Shown: positions 1 through 11,690, counted from the stretch's first letter. The stretch: DNA of 64,000 nucleotides from an uncultured bacterium (GCA_963824495.1 CAWGPQ010000006.1:1-64000), one strand, 5' to 3'. The notes: generated from the letters alone by a model not told the origin. Numbers and translations are program-made.

Positions 1-272
1 ACCTCGTGCAAGTCAACCAATTGCGGGTCCAGGGAACTTTGAAAATCTCCGAGTTCGCCCCCGAGGAAGTCATGGGCCGGCCCGTGACCATCAGCGTGGT
101 GTTCGCCCGGGGACGCAACGAAACCTTCAAAGGCGACATCGTTTTCGTCGATCCCATGGTCGAGGCCGACGGCCAATACCTGATCCGGGCATTGATCAAG
201 AATCGCGAAGAAAACGGGCAATGGCTGCTCCGCCCCGGCATGGACGCCGAAATGACGATTCAACTTAAATAA
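1..272 (+). CDS. HlyD/efflux RND periplasmic adaptor, C-terminal part (5' truncated by window edge)
   Basis: GDIVFVDPMVEADGQYLIRALIKN...WLLRPGMDAEMTI is the typical C-terminal beta-barrel of membrane fusion proteins. Confidence 0.75.
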   Translation, partial: LVQVNQLRVQGTLKISEFAPEEVMGRPVTISVVFARGRNETFKGDIVFVDPMVEADGQYLIRALIKNREENGQWLLRPGMDAEMTIQLK

Positions 273-380
273 ATGCAGAATCGTAAAATTGCAGAATTGC
301 AGAATGTAGAATTGAAGAATCCAGAAATGCAAGTAAATCGATGTTAATTTGTTCATTCTGTCAATTTGCACAATCTCCAT
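273..380. repeat. Imperfect ~7-mer tandem repeats (TGCAGAA-like) with partly complementary downstream tract
   Basis: atgcagaa..ttgcagaattgcagaatgtagaattgaagaa followed by ttcattctgtcaatttgca in the intergenic space. Confidence 0.45.
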
Positions 381-404
381 TAAACTTGCCTCTCTCCCAA
401 TCCA

Positions 405-2627
405 GTGGTAACCCTTCACGACAGCCTGGTTTCGAGTTCCGCCCGGCGCTGCCATCCGCAAGCGGCCCGACCTGGTCGCGCAGGCAGCATTACCTGGGGC
501 GGACATATTGGGTGGTGAAGGATCCGATGGGATTGCAATACTTCCGCTTCCAGGAGGAAGAATACGCCATTCTGCAAATGCTCGACGGCACGATGAGCAT
601 GGATGAAATCAAGGAGCGCTTCGAAGACGAATTTCCGCCCCAAAAGATCACCCTCGACGAGTTGCAGCAATTCCTCGGCATGCTGCACCGCAGCGGGCTG
701 GTGGTGGCCGACGTCACCGGGCCAGGGCCGGCAACTCCGCATGCGCCGCGACAAACGCAAACGCCAGGAGTTGCTGCAAGCCCTGGGAAATATCCTCTGC
801 ATCCGCTTCAAGGGTTCGATCCCGAACGGTTTTAATTGGCTTTACCCCTGTTCCGCTGGTTCTTTACCATGCCGGCGGTAATATTTTGGTGCTTTTGGCC
901 CTCTCGGCGCTGACGTTGGTGGTGGTCGGAGTTCGACATCTTCCGCTCCAAACTGCCCGAGTTCCACCAGTTCTTCAATATGCACAACGCCTTCTGGCTG
1001 ATGGTCGCCTTGGGGGTAACCAAGTACTCCACGAATTCGGGCACGGCCTGTCCTGCAAGCACTTCGGCGGCGAATGTCACGAGATCGGCATCATGGTGCT
1101 GGTGCTCACGCCTTGCCTGTACTGCAACGTCTCCGATTCCTGGATGCTGCCCAACAAATGGCATCGCGCGATGATCGGCGCGGCAGGCATGTACGTGGAA
1201 CTGGTGCTGGCCTCGATATGCACTTTTTTATGGTGGTTTTCCACGCCGGGCTTGCTGAACAACCTGTGCCTCAACGTGATGTTCATCTGCTCGGTCACCA
1301 CCGTGCTCTTCAACGCCAATCCGCTGTTGCGTTACGATGGCTACTACATCCTCTCCGACCTGATGGAGATCCCCAATCTGCGCCAGAAAGCCACGACCAT
1401 CCTCAGCCGCAAGATGGGCGAGTGGTGTCTGGGCCTGGAATGCCCGAAGACCTTTCCTGCCGCAGACCAACCAGATCTTTTTCCCTTATTCGATTGCGGC
1501 CGCGGTTTATCGCTGGATAATCGCCTTTTCGATCTGCTGGTTTTTATACAAATTATTTGAGTCATATCATTTGAAATTCGTGGGTCAGTTGGTGGTGGCG
1601 GCGTCGCTATGGGCGCTGTTCTTCACGCCGCTGTATCAATTGGGAAAATTCTTTTACGTGCCCGGGAGGCTCGATAAAGTGAAAAAACCTCATATGTACG
1701 CCAGTCTCGGCGTCTTGGCGGCCGTTATTTTGGCCGTACTTTTTTTACCCTTGCCGCACAGCGTGCTGGCCACATTCGAAATCCAGGCCCGCGATGCCGA
1801 GCCGGTTTACGTCGACGTGCCCGGCAAGCTGATATCCATCGACGTAAAGCCCGGCCAGCAGGTCGAGGCAGGACAGCAATTGGCCAGTTGCGCAACCTGC
1901 GATCTGGAACTGGACATCGCCAAACTTACACATGCAAGCAACCAATATCGCGTCAAACTGGAAAATCTGCGCCAGCAACGCTTCAGCGATCCGCCACGCC
2001 CAGGCCCAGATTCCCCAGGTCGAAGAGGCCCTCAAGGCGGCCGAGGAGCAACTCCAGAAAAAAGACGCCGATCTGAAGCGCTTGCGCTTGAGGCGCCATT
2101 GCCGGCACGGTTTTGCCGCCGCCCTTGACCCCCAGCCACGACGATCCCGACGGCCAATTGCCCGCCTGGTCCGGCTCGCCGCTGGAAAAGGAAAATCTCG
2201 GCGCTTTTTTGCAGGAGGGCGTGCTGTTCTGCCAGATCGGCGATCCGCGAAAACTGGAAGCCGTGCTGGTCATCGACCAGGCCGATCGGAACTACATCCG
2301 CCCCGGCCAGAAGCGTGGACATCAAGATCGACGAACTTCCCCACGATACCTTCCCCAGTAAAATCGCCGAGATCGCCGAGTCGGAATTGAAAGACTGCCC
2401 AGCGGCTGTCCAACAAATCGGGCGGCGAATTGGCCACCAAGACCGATCCGCACACCGGCGCGGAACGGCCCATGAGCACCTCCTATCAAGCCCGCGTGCC
2501 CCTGGACGACGAGACCGGCCTGATGCGCCTGGGACTGCGCGGCACCGCCCGCATCCGCACCGATTGGATCCCGCTGGGCACGCGCTTCTGGCGATTCCTC
2601 ACCCATACATTCAATTTCAAATTGTAG
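405..2627 (+). pseudogene. M50 (site-2) metallopeptidase / HlyD fusion protein of Planctomycete type; multiply frameshifted, probably read errors
   Basis: Start MVTLHDSLVSSSAR; YWVVKDP...YFRFQEEEY; HEFGH zinc motif; NANPLLRYDGYY; lipoyl-like VKPGQQVEAGQ; ends RFLTHTFNFKL; pieces spread over several frames. Confidence 0.75.
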
Positions 2628-2745
2628 GCTGTAGACTGAGGCTGGAGATAGAAACCGCTTGAAGTTTCCGTATGTTCACCGACATGCTAATCACTAATCC
2701 GCGTTCCGGCAACTGTAAACCGTAAACTGTAACGAAAACTTTTTC

Positions 2746-3945
2746 ATGACCAAACTGGCCTACCTCGACTGTGCTTGCGGCATCAGCGGCGACATGACGC
2801 TCGGCGCACTGGTCGATGCGGGCGTCGAACATCGAGGCCCTCAACGCAGGTCATCGGCTCCCTGGGCCTGCCCGGCTGCCGCTTGGTGGCCGAGGAGGTC
2901 CAGCGCCAAGGATTTCGGGCCGACAAAGGTCGACGTGATATATCCGCCCGAACAGCGAACATCGCCATCTGCAGCATATTCTCGCCATGATCGACGCCGG
3001 GCGGCTTGACTGAGCGGCAAAAAAACACTGCCCGGCAGATCTTCACCCGCCTGGCCGAGGCCGAAGCCAAGGTCCACGGCGTGGCAATCGAGAAGATCCA
3101 TTTTCACGAGGTGGGGGCGGCCGACGCCATTGCCGACGTTGTCGGTGCGGTGGCCGGCTTCGACCTGTTGGGCGTCGAGCGGATCACTGCCTCACCGGTG
3201 CCCACCGGCTCGGGCACGATCAACATCGCCCATGGCCAATGCAGCATTCCCGCCCCTGCCACGGCCGAATTGCTTGCAGGGCATCCCCTTGCCGAATCCG
3301 ACGTCCAAGGCGAATTGACCACGCCCACCGGGGCCGCTATTTTGTCCGTGCTGGCCGGAGTTTCGGCCCGCTGCCGGCCATGATTCTCAGGCGGATCGGC
3401 TGCGGCGCGGGCAGCAACGATTGGCCCCGGCGGCCAAATATACTGCGAATTATCCTGGGCGAATCGGTCGCCGCCGGCGAGACACGTCCAAACCGAACAA
3501 ATCTGCCAACTGGAAACCAATCTCGACGACGCTAGCGGCGAATCGATCGGCTATTGCATCGAGCGGCTTTGGGAGGCCGGGGCCCTCGACGTTTACACTG
3601 CCGCCATCAACATGAAAAAGAACCGGCCCGGCGTGCTGCTTAGCGTTTTGTGCCGGCCGGCCAGGCCGACCGCTTGGAACAGATCATCTTCCGCGAAACT
3701 TCCACCTTGGGCGTTCGCCGTTCGACCGTCGACGGCACGTGTTGCCGCGGCAGTCGCACGCCGTGGACACCATTTGGGGCCCCGTCGATGGGAAAGATCG
3801 CCCGGCTGGGCCGCAGACGTGTCGCGTTTCACCCCCGAGTACGAAGCCTGCCGCCGCGTCGCCGCTCGAGCACAACCTGCCGCTGGGCAACGTGTACGAA
3901 GCGGCGCAAAAAGCATTCGATGCCTCGAAAATCACGAATACGTAA
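2746..3945 (+). pseudogene. larC: Nickel-pincer cofactor biosynthesis protein LarC, frameshifted
   Basis: [81 protein letters not shown] motifs across several frames. Confidence 0.85.
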
Positions 3946-4096
3946 TGGCTATTGAGTGTCAGATAAGCAATGTCGCGCTTGATCATCAGAGCCGGGCCGT
4001 GTCGGCCCGGAAATGCCGGGGCGACACACCCTGCCTCTGATTTATTTCGCTATATTCCCGAGGATTTGTTTCAAATATCGTTCAAGGAAGAGAATC

Positions 4097-4675
4097 ATGA
4101 ATCTTTTCGCTCAAATCGACTTGCCCGCGTTGTTGTTTTTTATAGTCGGGGTTCTAGTCGTATCGTTTATATTATTGTTGCGGTCCAACCGCTATTTTAA
4201 CCGGCAACGGCAGCAGGAACAGAAACGTCGGCGACCTGCCCGGCCCGTTTCAGGCGGCCCTGCGACTGTCTATCCCGGTTCGGCCGGACCGTTCAACGGG
4301 CTATCCTGGATCAGAAGGCGGTTTAAACGCTTCCCCAACAGCATCTCCAGTTCGTTCGGGCAGCGGTTCAAACGACGATGATCGTTCGGGAGCGGTTTAA
4401 CTGTTGCCCCGACACTCGTCTCCAACATTGGGTGAACGTCATTGGGCCGCGGCCGCCGCCACCGCCTCCCTGGGAAGTTCGATAGACGCACGAGACCGCG
4501 CGGAGTTGAAGGCCAAACTCGACAGCAATATGTCGGCCTTGTGGCCAACCGGTTGCAGAAGCCGACCGCGCCGCTTCCCGCCTGGAGGCCGCGGCGAAAA
4601 ACTCGGAGAGCATCCGAGAACTCGCCGCCTTCAAAACGCCCGCCCTCCGGCGGAACTCCGCTTTTCGCCCCTAAG
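4097..4675 (+). pseudogene. Membrane-anchored hypothetical protein, degraded or low-quality sequence
   Basis: MNLFAQIDLPALLFFIVG TM segment; later fragments resemble WEV...ELKAKLDS...AEADRAASRLEA coiled coil in shifting frames. Confidence 0.4.
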
Positions 4676-5000
4676 CCTCTTGCCTGCCGCCCGTGTAATG
4701 ATTAGCAAGTTGGCTTGCCCACTCTTTATTACGTATAAGCGTTACGCGATGCCCTTGCCCTCGATTGTGCACATAATTGACAACCAAATCTGCTGTTTCA
4801 TCTTGCGATGCATCATCAGCATAAATAATACGGTAGTTTGTATACTGCTGAGAAAATACCGAATCGAGGTTACGCTCGTACCAGTCTTTGTTATTATATG
4901 ACGTTATGGTAATTACTATAGGTCTCTCAATACCGCAATACATACCTGAAAACAAAGAACACATAATAAGCATAAACAGACGTGCATACAACATAAGCAT
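4671..5000 (-). pseudogene. GT2 glycosyltransferase paralog truncated at the compositional junction
   Basis: PIVITITSYNNKDWYERNLDSVFSQQYTNYRIIYADDAS matches the three neighbouring GT2 genes; homology ends after ANHY where GC-rich DNA begins. Confidence 0.85.
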
Positions 5001-5033
5001 TTTCCCTTTTTTATTTAATTATTATAAAGTTAC

Positions 5034-6557
5034 CTACTGCTTTTTTTCTCTTGATTGGTTGATAATAGGTGATTCCTTGAAGAAAAGGCCAAGCGTTTTA
5101 TGAGTACAATCTTGACGGCCCCATCGAGTGATAAAGTCTCGAATTGTTGAAGATTTCATCAATGTAAGTTGCTTTTTAACATCTTCTTTTCTATACAGCA
5201 CCATACCTAACGTATTAGGGAATTGCCAAACGGCTTTACCGTGCTCAAGATGCCAAGCCCTCAACGTATGTGATAATGGAGCGTAAGTTATTTGAGCATC
5301 GTCCTTAAGGGAAAAATAAAAGCCATAAGCAAATGTTCTCTCAAGCTCTTGTATACAAGAATGCATGTCAATCTCATGGTTAATATATATTGAATCACGC
5401 ACAAAAATAACATGCTTAGCTTTTGAGTTAGCATCTAAAGCCCTACTAATAGATGACTTAAGATCATTGGAAAAACCAGAACCTTGATTGATAAATTTTA
5501 TACCGGGAAAAAGCTTTGCAACTTTTTGATATTCAGCGGCTTGGGACAGAGATGAAGCTTGATACATAACGGTAAGCGAGCCGCTATTATGCTGTATGTG
5601 TCTTTTAATCGACTTGAGAGTAATTGCGAGATACTTAGGAAGCTCTAATGAAAAAATTACAATATCAGCACTGCTTGATTCATATTGTTGGCTTATTGCA
5701 GGAGTTGCATGTTCAAGTCGTCGATAAGGCTGCCATGAATAAATTATCTCGCCGAGCTCACGCTGGCCTGGAAAATTGACGACAAATTGACTCAAGGCAT
5801 TACGTTGATTCCACATATATACTCTTTCGGTGATACAATAGACATGTTCTCCTGCCATTTCAACCATGGGAAGCATAAATGCTCCATCGGGGCTTGGTGA
5901 CATGGGTATAAAGCTGCTCTGAAGCATTAAATCTTCAAGCCTAACGTTTTTGAAAAGCCATGCATAAAATGTACGTAAATGAGCATATAAGAAGGGGGGC
6001 ACTCGCGTAGTACGAGTTCTAATTTTTTCAGCAGCAAGTACCTGATTTTCGGGTGACAGCCATAACGTTTCCTGTGGCCAAAATACGCCTCCCCCATGCG
6101 TTAACCACACAGCAGGATTGTCATAGATCCTATTTACAAGAGCAAGAACGTTAGGATGTGCAAGCCAATCGTCACCATCAATATGAACAACAATTTCAGT
6201 ATCCTGACACATATGTACAGCTTTATAATGATTAGCCATTTGGCTCAACCACTCTTTATTACGTACAAGCGTTACGCGATGCTCCTGCCCATGTACTCGT
6301 ACATAATCAGCAACAAGATCTGCTGTTCCATCTCGTGATGCATCATCAATATAAATAACACGATAATTCTGATAATCTTGAGAGAATACTGAACCAAGAT
6401 TACGCTCATACCAGTCTTTATTGTTATGTGATGTTATAATCACAACCAGAGGTTTTTCTTCAGCTGCTAACCAGGTAGTAGGTATCGTTAGTAAAACAAA
6501 AAAAATATAACATAGCTTTTTACCAAATTCCTTGGCTATAAAGTGCTTCATTTTCAT
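5034..6557 (-). CDS. Glycosyltransferase family 2 with N-terminal signal/anchor and a second degenerate GT-like domain
   Basis: IITSHNN...YIDDAS.DGT...HIDGDDW GT-A motifs; hydrophobic N-terminus. Confidence 0.85.
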   Translation of the reverse strand: MKMKHFIAKEFGKKLCYIFFVLLTIPTTWLAAEEKPLVVIITSHNNKDWYERNLGSVFSQDYQNYRVIYIDDASRDGTADLVADYVRVHGQEHRVTLVRNKEWLSQMANHYKAVHMCQDTEIVVHIDGDDWLAHPNVLALVNRIYDNPAVWLTHGGGVFWPQETLWLSPENQVLAAEKIRTRTTRVPPFLYAHLRTFYAWLFKNVRLEDLMLQSSFIPMSPSPDGAFMLPMVEMAGEHVYCITERVYMWNQRNALSQFVVNFPGQRELGEIIYSWQPYRRLEHATPAISQQYESSSADIVIFSLELPKYLAITLKSIKRHIQHNSGSLTVMYQASSLSQAAEYQKVAKLFPGIKFINQGSGFSNDLKSSISRALDANSKAKHVIFVRDSIYINHEIDMHSCIQELERTFAYGFYFSLKDDAQITYAPLSHTLRAWHLEHGKAVWQFPNTLGMVLYRKEDVKKQLTLMKSSTIRDFITRWGRQDCTHKTLGLFFKESPIINQSREKKQ

Positions 6558-6677
6558 CGCTTCTCTCTCCTTAACTATTTAACTATAAGTTTCTCTTGAG
6601 CGTCTCTATATGCTTAGCATTTGTCCGTTAAGTAGGCAAGAGATTTAATGTACGAGCGTAACATAATGGCCACAGCA

Positions 6678-8162
6678 TTATTGCTCTAGAACTCGAGAAT
6701 GCTTAAATATAAGTCCGATGGCACGCTTATGATACTCATGACGGTACCATGATGCCTTAAAATTCCTAAGAGAAGAACTTGCCTGAGTTGTTAAGCGATT
6801 TTCAAGGTCTCGCTTGCGATAGAGTATCATACCAATATGTTCAACGTGCTTCCAAATGTGCTTACCGTAATCAATTTGCCAAGCAATAAGATGATCTGAT
6901 AATGGAGCACAAATAAGATGCTCATTATAAGGTAGACTCAAATAAAATGCTTCAGCGAACGTTCTCTCTAACTCTTGTATACAGTACGTTATATTAAGCT
7001 CGTCTTTAATGCGTATTTTGTCTGAACACAGAACAACATGTTCCGATGAAGAATCACCGAGACACTTGAGTATCTGTTTTTCTATTGTGTTGTCACCCTG
7101 AGTCTGCCACGACAAAAATTTAACGTTAGGAAATTTCTTTTTCATCTCTTGCACATAAGAACGCAACGGTAGGCGTGCTTCATAAATAACCGATAGCTTA
7201 GCGCACCCTTTTATTAAGGAACATGAAGCCAAAAGCTTGGCAAGTGAGGGTGACCAATTATCAAGTAAAATAATAACATCAGCACGACTTTTGCTGTGCT
7301 TACGCCAATTGCTTTCGATAGGATGTTTAAGTGGACTATATTTCTGCCAGGACCTGATCGTCCCACTTAATGAGTGCATTATACTGAAGGAGGTAATTCT
7401 CCATTGGCTATTTGAATTTTGCATATTCCACATATATAAAACATCGGTAAGATATTTTATATGATGACCAGCCATTTCGAGGAGAGGGTACATAAAGCCA
7501 GAATCAGGCGTGGGGCTCATGTTTTTAAAGGTACCCTCATATAAGAGATCCTGAAGCTTAACTTGCTTAAACAACCAACCGTAAAAAGTCCGTAAATGAC
7601 AAAAAATCCATCCTTCTTCACCGGTATCCCTAAAAGTATTATGAGCAATCATCCCCTCGATAAATCCCGGAAGGGCACGTTCCCCCGGCCATGGCGTCAG
7701 GCCAGGCCAATACACGGCTCCACCGTGAGTAAGCCATATATTAGAGCCTGTATAGGCATCATTAATAATTTTAAACACACGGTCATGTGCAAGCCAATCG
7801 TCACCGTCAATGTGCACAACTATCTCATAATCATAACACATATGTGCTGCCTTATAGTGATTCGCCATCTGGCTTTGCCATTCTTTATTTCTAATAAGTT
7901 TTACGCGGTGCTGCTGTCCTTTTTTTTTAACGTAGCTTGCTACAAGCTCACCGGTACCATCAGGTGATGCGTCATCTATATAGATAACACGATAATTACG
8001 ATATTTTTGAAAGAACACAGAATCTAAATTACGCTGATACCACTCTTTATTTTTATATGACGTTATTACTACCACTAGTGGCTTTTCAAAGGTATAACTG
8101 AAACTAACCGTAAACCCACATATAATAAGTATGAACAATAGCACGTGACTGTAGATTTTCAT
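6678..8162 (-). CDS. Glycosyltransferase family 2 (paralog)
   Basis: Same IDDAS / DGDDW / HLRTFY motifs; ATG at 8162 preceded by GGAGG RBS. Confidence 0.85.
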   Translation of the reverse strand: MKIYSHVLLFILIICGFTVSFSYTFEKPLVVVITSYKNKEWYQRNLDSVFFQKYRNYRVIYIDDASPDGTGELVASYVKKKGQQHRVKLIRNKEWQSQMANHYKAAHMCYDYEIVVHIDGDDWLAHDRVFKIINDAYTGSNIWLTHGGAVYWPGLTPWPGERALPGFIEGMIAHNTFRDTGEEGWIFCHLRTFYGWLFKQVKLQDLLYEGTFKNMSPTPDSGFMYPLLEMAGHHIKYLTDVLYMWNMQNSNSQWRITSFSIMHSLSGTIRSWQKYSPLKHPIESNWRKHSKSRADVIILLDNWSPSLAKLLASCSLIKGCAKLSVIYEARLPLRSYVQEMKKKFPNVKFLSWQTQGDNTIEKQILKCLGDSSSEHVVLCSDKIRIKDELNITYCIQELERTFAEAFYLSLPYNEHLICAPLSDHLIAWQIDYGKHIWKHVEHIGMILYRKRDLENRLTTQASSSLRNFKASWYRHEYHKRAIGLIFKHSRVLEQ

Positions 8163-8192
8163 TAATCCTCCCTTTTTTCGCACTTGCTGATC

Positions 8193-9704
8193 TCAGTATT
8201 GCTCATGTACGCAAGAACGTGCAAAAAATAAACCTATTGCTCGATTCGGTGGTACATGCTGAGACCATACATTCTTAAATTCATGCAAGCTTGAGCAAGT
8301 CATACTTTCTATACTACGAATAACATCGCTCTTTCTATAGAGATTCATACCAAACGCTTGAGGAGCTGGGATGCTTTCCAAATTATACATAAACTGCCAG
8401 CCCCTTAGCCGCTCAGAAATAGGCAGCTCTACAAAATTAGTATGCGTGGTCGATCGAGAGTTGATATGTAAATAGAACCCGTAAGCATACGTTCTCTCTA
8501 GTTCCTTAATACAGTAATTAAGAAAACACAACCTATCTACCACCATCGAGCCAGTAGATAAAATAACATGTTGAGAAGTGCCCTTGGCAATACAACTGAG
8601 AAGCGTCGTCTTTATATTATTAGACAAATGTGTAGCTATGGAAATACACTCAACCTTTGGAAACCTTTGAGAAATAGCAATTACTTCGGAAGCCTTAAAA
8701 TTTTGATAGTGCTCAAATACTATGGAAATTCTATCAACATTCTTCATGTATTTTTCAATTGACGTGAGTAATCTGATTACCTGTGCCTGAGATTCATGAG
8801 TAATAACAATTACAAGATCACTTTTACAATTATAATAGCGGTTGCTGACACCAACACCCAAGCTGTGTAGCGGCTGATAACGCTGCCATGAACTAATAGT
8901 GCTTGTAACTTCATACACTTTGTTTAAATTAAGAGCAACCTGGCTCAATGGATTAAAGCCATTATATATATACAAAATTTCCGGAATAAACCTACTGTGG
9001 CTGCTTGCTAGCTCAAGCATAGGAATCATAAACGCTACATCAGGTGCTGGAGATATCGCATCAAAACTACCGTTGAGTATAAGATCTTGCAGTTTAATGT
9101 GCTTAAAAAGCCATGCGTAAAACGTTCTTAAGTGATGAAATGGCCAAATTGGATAAAAATGCCTAAAGCCATTCAGTAAGTAGTCATTAAATGCATCCTG
9201 AGATAGTTCTGTCGGAGGATATAGCACATCAGTCTCCCAGAACCTAACACGTCCAAATGTTAACCACGTATCCGAGTTTGAGTAAACATTATTAACCGTC
9301 TTAAGAACATGAGGGTGAGCAAACCAATCGTCTCCGTCAAGGTGAACAATAATCTCATGATCATGACACATATGAGCAGCCCTATAATGGTTAGCCATTT
9401 GGCTAAGCCGCTTTTTATTACGCATAAGCGTTACCCGATGATCCTGACCCTTTTCTTTGATGTAGCGCTGTGCGAATAGACCGGTACCATCGGGCGATGC
9501 GTCATCTATATAGATAACACGATAATTATGATATTGTTGAGAGAATACAGAATCTAAATTACGCTGATACCATTCTTTATTATTATACGAAGTAATGATA
9601 ACTACAAGCGGATGCTCGAACGGATGAGCAGTGCTTAACGAGCCTGCTAACATTACGATAAAAAAATAAAGTAATCCGCATAGTCTAGGGATACTCATTA
9701 TCAT
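8193..9704 (-). CDS. Glycosyltransferase family 2 (paralog)
   Basis: IDDASPDGT, LDGDDW, HLRTFYAWLFK motifs; signal-like N-terminus. Confidence 0.85.
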   Translation of the reverse strand: MIMSIPRLCGLLYFFIVMLAGSLSTAHPFEHPLVVIITSYNNKEWYQRNLDSVFSQQYHNYRVIYIDDASPDGTGLFAQRYIKEKGQDHRVTLMRNKKRLSQMANHYRAAHMCHDHEIIVHLDGDDWFAHPHVLKTVNNVYSNSDTWLTFGRVRFWETDVLYPPTELSQDAFNDYLLNGFRHFYPIWPFHHLRTFYAWLFKHIKLQDLILNGSFDAISPAPDVAFMIPMLELASSHSRFIPEILYIYNGFNPLSQVALNLNKVYEVTSTISSWQRYQPLHSLGVGVSNRYYNCKSDLVIVITHESQAQVIRLLTSIEKYMKNVDRISIVFEHYQNFKASEVIAISQRFPKVECISIATHLSNNIKTTLLSCIAKGTSQHVILSTGSMVVDRLCFLNYCIKELERTYAYGFYLHINSRSTTHTNFVELPISERLRGWQFMYNLESIPAPQAFGMNLYRKSDVIRSIESMTCSSLHEFKNVWSQHVPPNRAIGLFFARSCVHEQY

Positions 9705-9847
9705 TACCTTTTCAGCATGACGGTACTATGTATAAAAAACTTCTTGTAAAGTATGTAACTCTTGACAATCTACAGTCAAGTATTTTACAAGATTGATAAA
9801 GATAAGTTCTAATCATCAAGAAGTATCTCTAAAAAGGGAGGCCACTC

Positions 9848-10747
9848 ATGGGTATGCATATTCTCATAGCCAGCATATGCATTATCTTCAATCAAAGCAT
9901 ACTGCCCAATCACGATGTCACCTTTGAAAATATGCCTAATTTTGATATCTCAATGAGCAATCACATAACACCAAGCAAGCTTGCACCAGGGCTTTATGCA
10001 CCCCAATTTGCAAACGAATGGCAATTGCTAAAGGACCTTTATGAAAAAAATAATTCGTTACATGATATTCCACAAGCTTCACCAAAAATCCCAAAGATTA
10101 TACACCACATATGGCTGGGTTGCCCCCTACCTCAACGCTATAAAAAATATCTCAAAAGCTGGCAAAAGCTCCACCCTGACTGGAAACATAAGCTTTGGAC
10201 CGATGCTGATCTTAAAAATTTTAAGTTAAACAATCAAGCAATCTTTGATAAAGCTGAAAATTACGGTGAGCGCTCCGATATTTGGCGTTACGAAATCCTC
10301 TATCGTTATGGCGGGCTTTATGTCGATACGGATATTGAGTGTCTTAAACCTTTTGATACCCTTCACTATAATTATGATTTCTACGCGGGTATCATGTCGG
10401 CCGATATTCCCTTTGTTAATAATGCACTTATTGGGGCATCACCTAAACACCCTATTCTCAAACTCTGCATCGCGAGTATGCAAAAAGATGGACCAACCAA
10501 TGGTACCATTGAGCGAACGGGTCCTGCTCATTTTACACGTTGCTTTTTTAAGCTTGCAGACAGGCTGTCCCAAAAAGTGATAGCCTTTCCTCTGAGTTTT
10601 TTCTATGCTATACCCATTCGTCCAGCCCATTACACCAATGTACTACAAGTAACCAAGTGGATCAGGCCCGAAACAAAAGCGTTACATTATTGGGCCAATA
10701 GTTGGGCTGGGCCTGGTGGAGTCGTAAAAAAACAAAATTCGCATTAA
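9848..10747 (+). CDS. GT32-like DXD glycosyltransferase (Och1/SUR1-like mannosyltransferase family)
   Basis: IPKIIHHIWLG, SDIWRYEILYRYGGLYVDTD, TGP, HYWANSW. Confidence 0.85.
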   Translation: MGMHILIASICIIFNQSILPNHDVTFENMPNFDISMSNHITPSKLAPGLYAPQFANEWQLLKDLYEKNNSLHDIPQASPKIPKIIHHIWLGCPLPQRYKKYLKSWQKLHPDWKHKLWTDADLKNFKLNNQAIFDKAENYGERSDIWRYEILYRYGGLYVDTDIECLKPFDTLHYNYDFYAGIMSADIPFVNNALIGASPKHPILKLCIASMQKDGPTNGTIERTGPAHFTRCFFKLADRLSQKVIAFPLSFFYAIPIRPAHYTNVLQVTKWIRPETKALHYWANSWAGPGGVVKKQNSH

Positions 10748-10757
10748 GGATATAGGT

Positions 10758-11690
10758 ATGCATTATATACCATTAGGTCTTAAGTTTACTCTTATGGTGG
10801 CCATAGCAGGTTCACCGATCGTTAGCGCAAAGCAACATGATGGCTCATTCGTTTATGTTGATTTTGATATTGCTATGAGCAATCACCTTACGCCTGGTAA
10901 GCGAAGTAGTCGATTAGATTACTCAAGTAACCTAAAGCTGATCAAAATTTGCAAAAAGTTATACACAACGTATAACCCCCAACGAATGCAAGCTGCTTTA
11001 TCTCAACCATTAAAAATCCCTAAAATTATCCACCAAATTTGGCTAGGTGGTCCTGTTCCTGAAAAATACACTAACTATCGCCAAAGCTGGATTGATCATC
11101 ATCCTGACTGGGAATATAGGCTTTGGACTGATGCTGATGTGGAGAGCTTTCAGCTTCAAAACAAAGAACTTTTTGATAAAGCTCGTAACTATGGAGAAAA
11201 AGCAGATATTTTTCGTTATGAGATTCTCCATCGCTACGGTGGCCTCTACGTTGATATTGATTTCGAATGTCTTAAGCCTTTTGACGCATTACATCATTTT
11301 TACGATTTTTATGCGGGATTTGAACAAGAGGGACGCCATATGGAGCTGTGTAACGCAATTATAGGTACGTCACCCGGTAATGCCATAATCAAATTATGTA
11401 ACAAGTCACTTAAAGAAGAAGGTGATTATAATGATGTCTTAAGTACCATTAAGCGAACAGGGCCCTATTACTTTACCGAATGTTTCATGAAAGCAATACA
11501 AAATTATAAAGGCAAAGCTCTGATTCTGCCCGTTAGTTTTCTCTATCCTGTTCCCATTAAACCAAAGGTTTATGTTACATTAGAAAGCGTTAAGCAGTGG
11601 ATAAGGCCAGAAACTCTTGCTGTTCACTATTGGGCTGCAGGTTGGACAAAATCACCTAAATTAAGCAACTTTTATGAGGAGCACCTATGA
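10758..11690 (+). CDS. GT32-like DXD glycosyltransferase
   Basis: IPKIIHQIWLG, ADIFRYEILHRYGGLYVDID, TGP, HYWAAGW. Confidence 0.85.
   Translation: MHYIPLGLKFTLMVAIAGSPIVSAKQHDGSFVYVDFDIAMSNHLTPGKRSSRLDYSSNLKLIKICKKLYTTYNPQRMQAALSQPLKIPKIIHQIWLGGPVPEKYTNYRQSWIDHHPDWEYRLWTDADVESFQLQNKELFDKARNYGEKADIFRYEILHRYGGLYVDIDFECLKPFDALHHFYDFYAGFEQEGRHMELCNAIIGTSPGNAIIKLCNKSLKEEGDYNDVLSTIKRTGPYYFTECFMKAIQNYKGKALILPVSFLYPVPIKPKVYVTLESVKQWIRPETLAVHYWAAGWTKSPKLSNFYEEHL

Noticed and set aside
2624..2735. Short 7-mer-like repeats (gtaggct/gtagact; aactgta/aaccgta)
   Set aside because: Only two or three degenerate units; ordinary intergenic low-complexity repeats
1..4693. Horizontally acquired GC-rich genomic island
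   Set aside because: No integrase, att site or IS end; the break is mid-gene and error density differs sharply, favouring an assembly chimera
416..4901. Many overlapping ORFs on both strands in the GC-rich part
   Set aside because: Shadow frames or fragments of the frameshifted plus-strand genes; 4404-4901 crosses the chimeric junction
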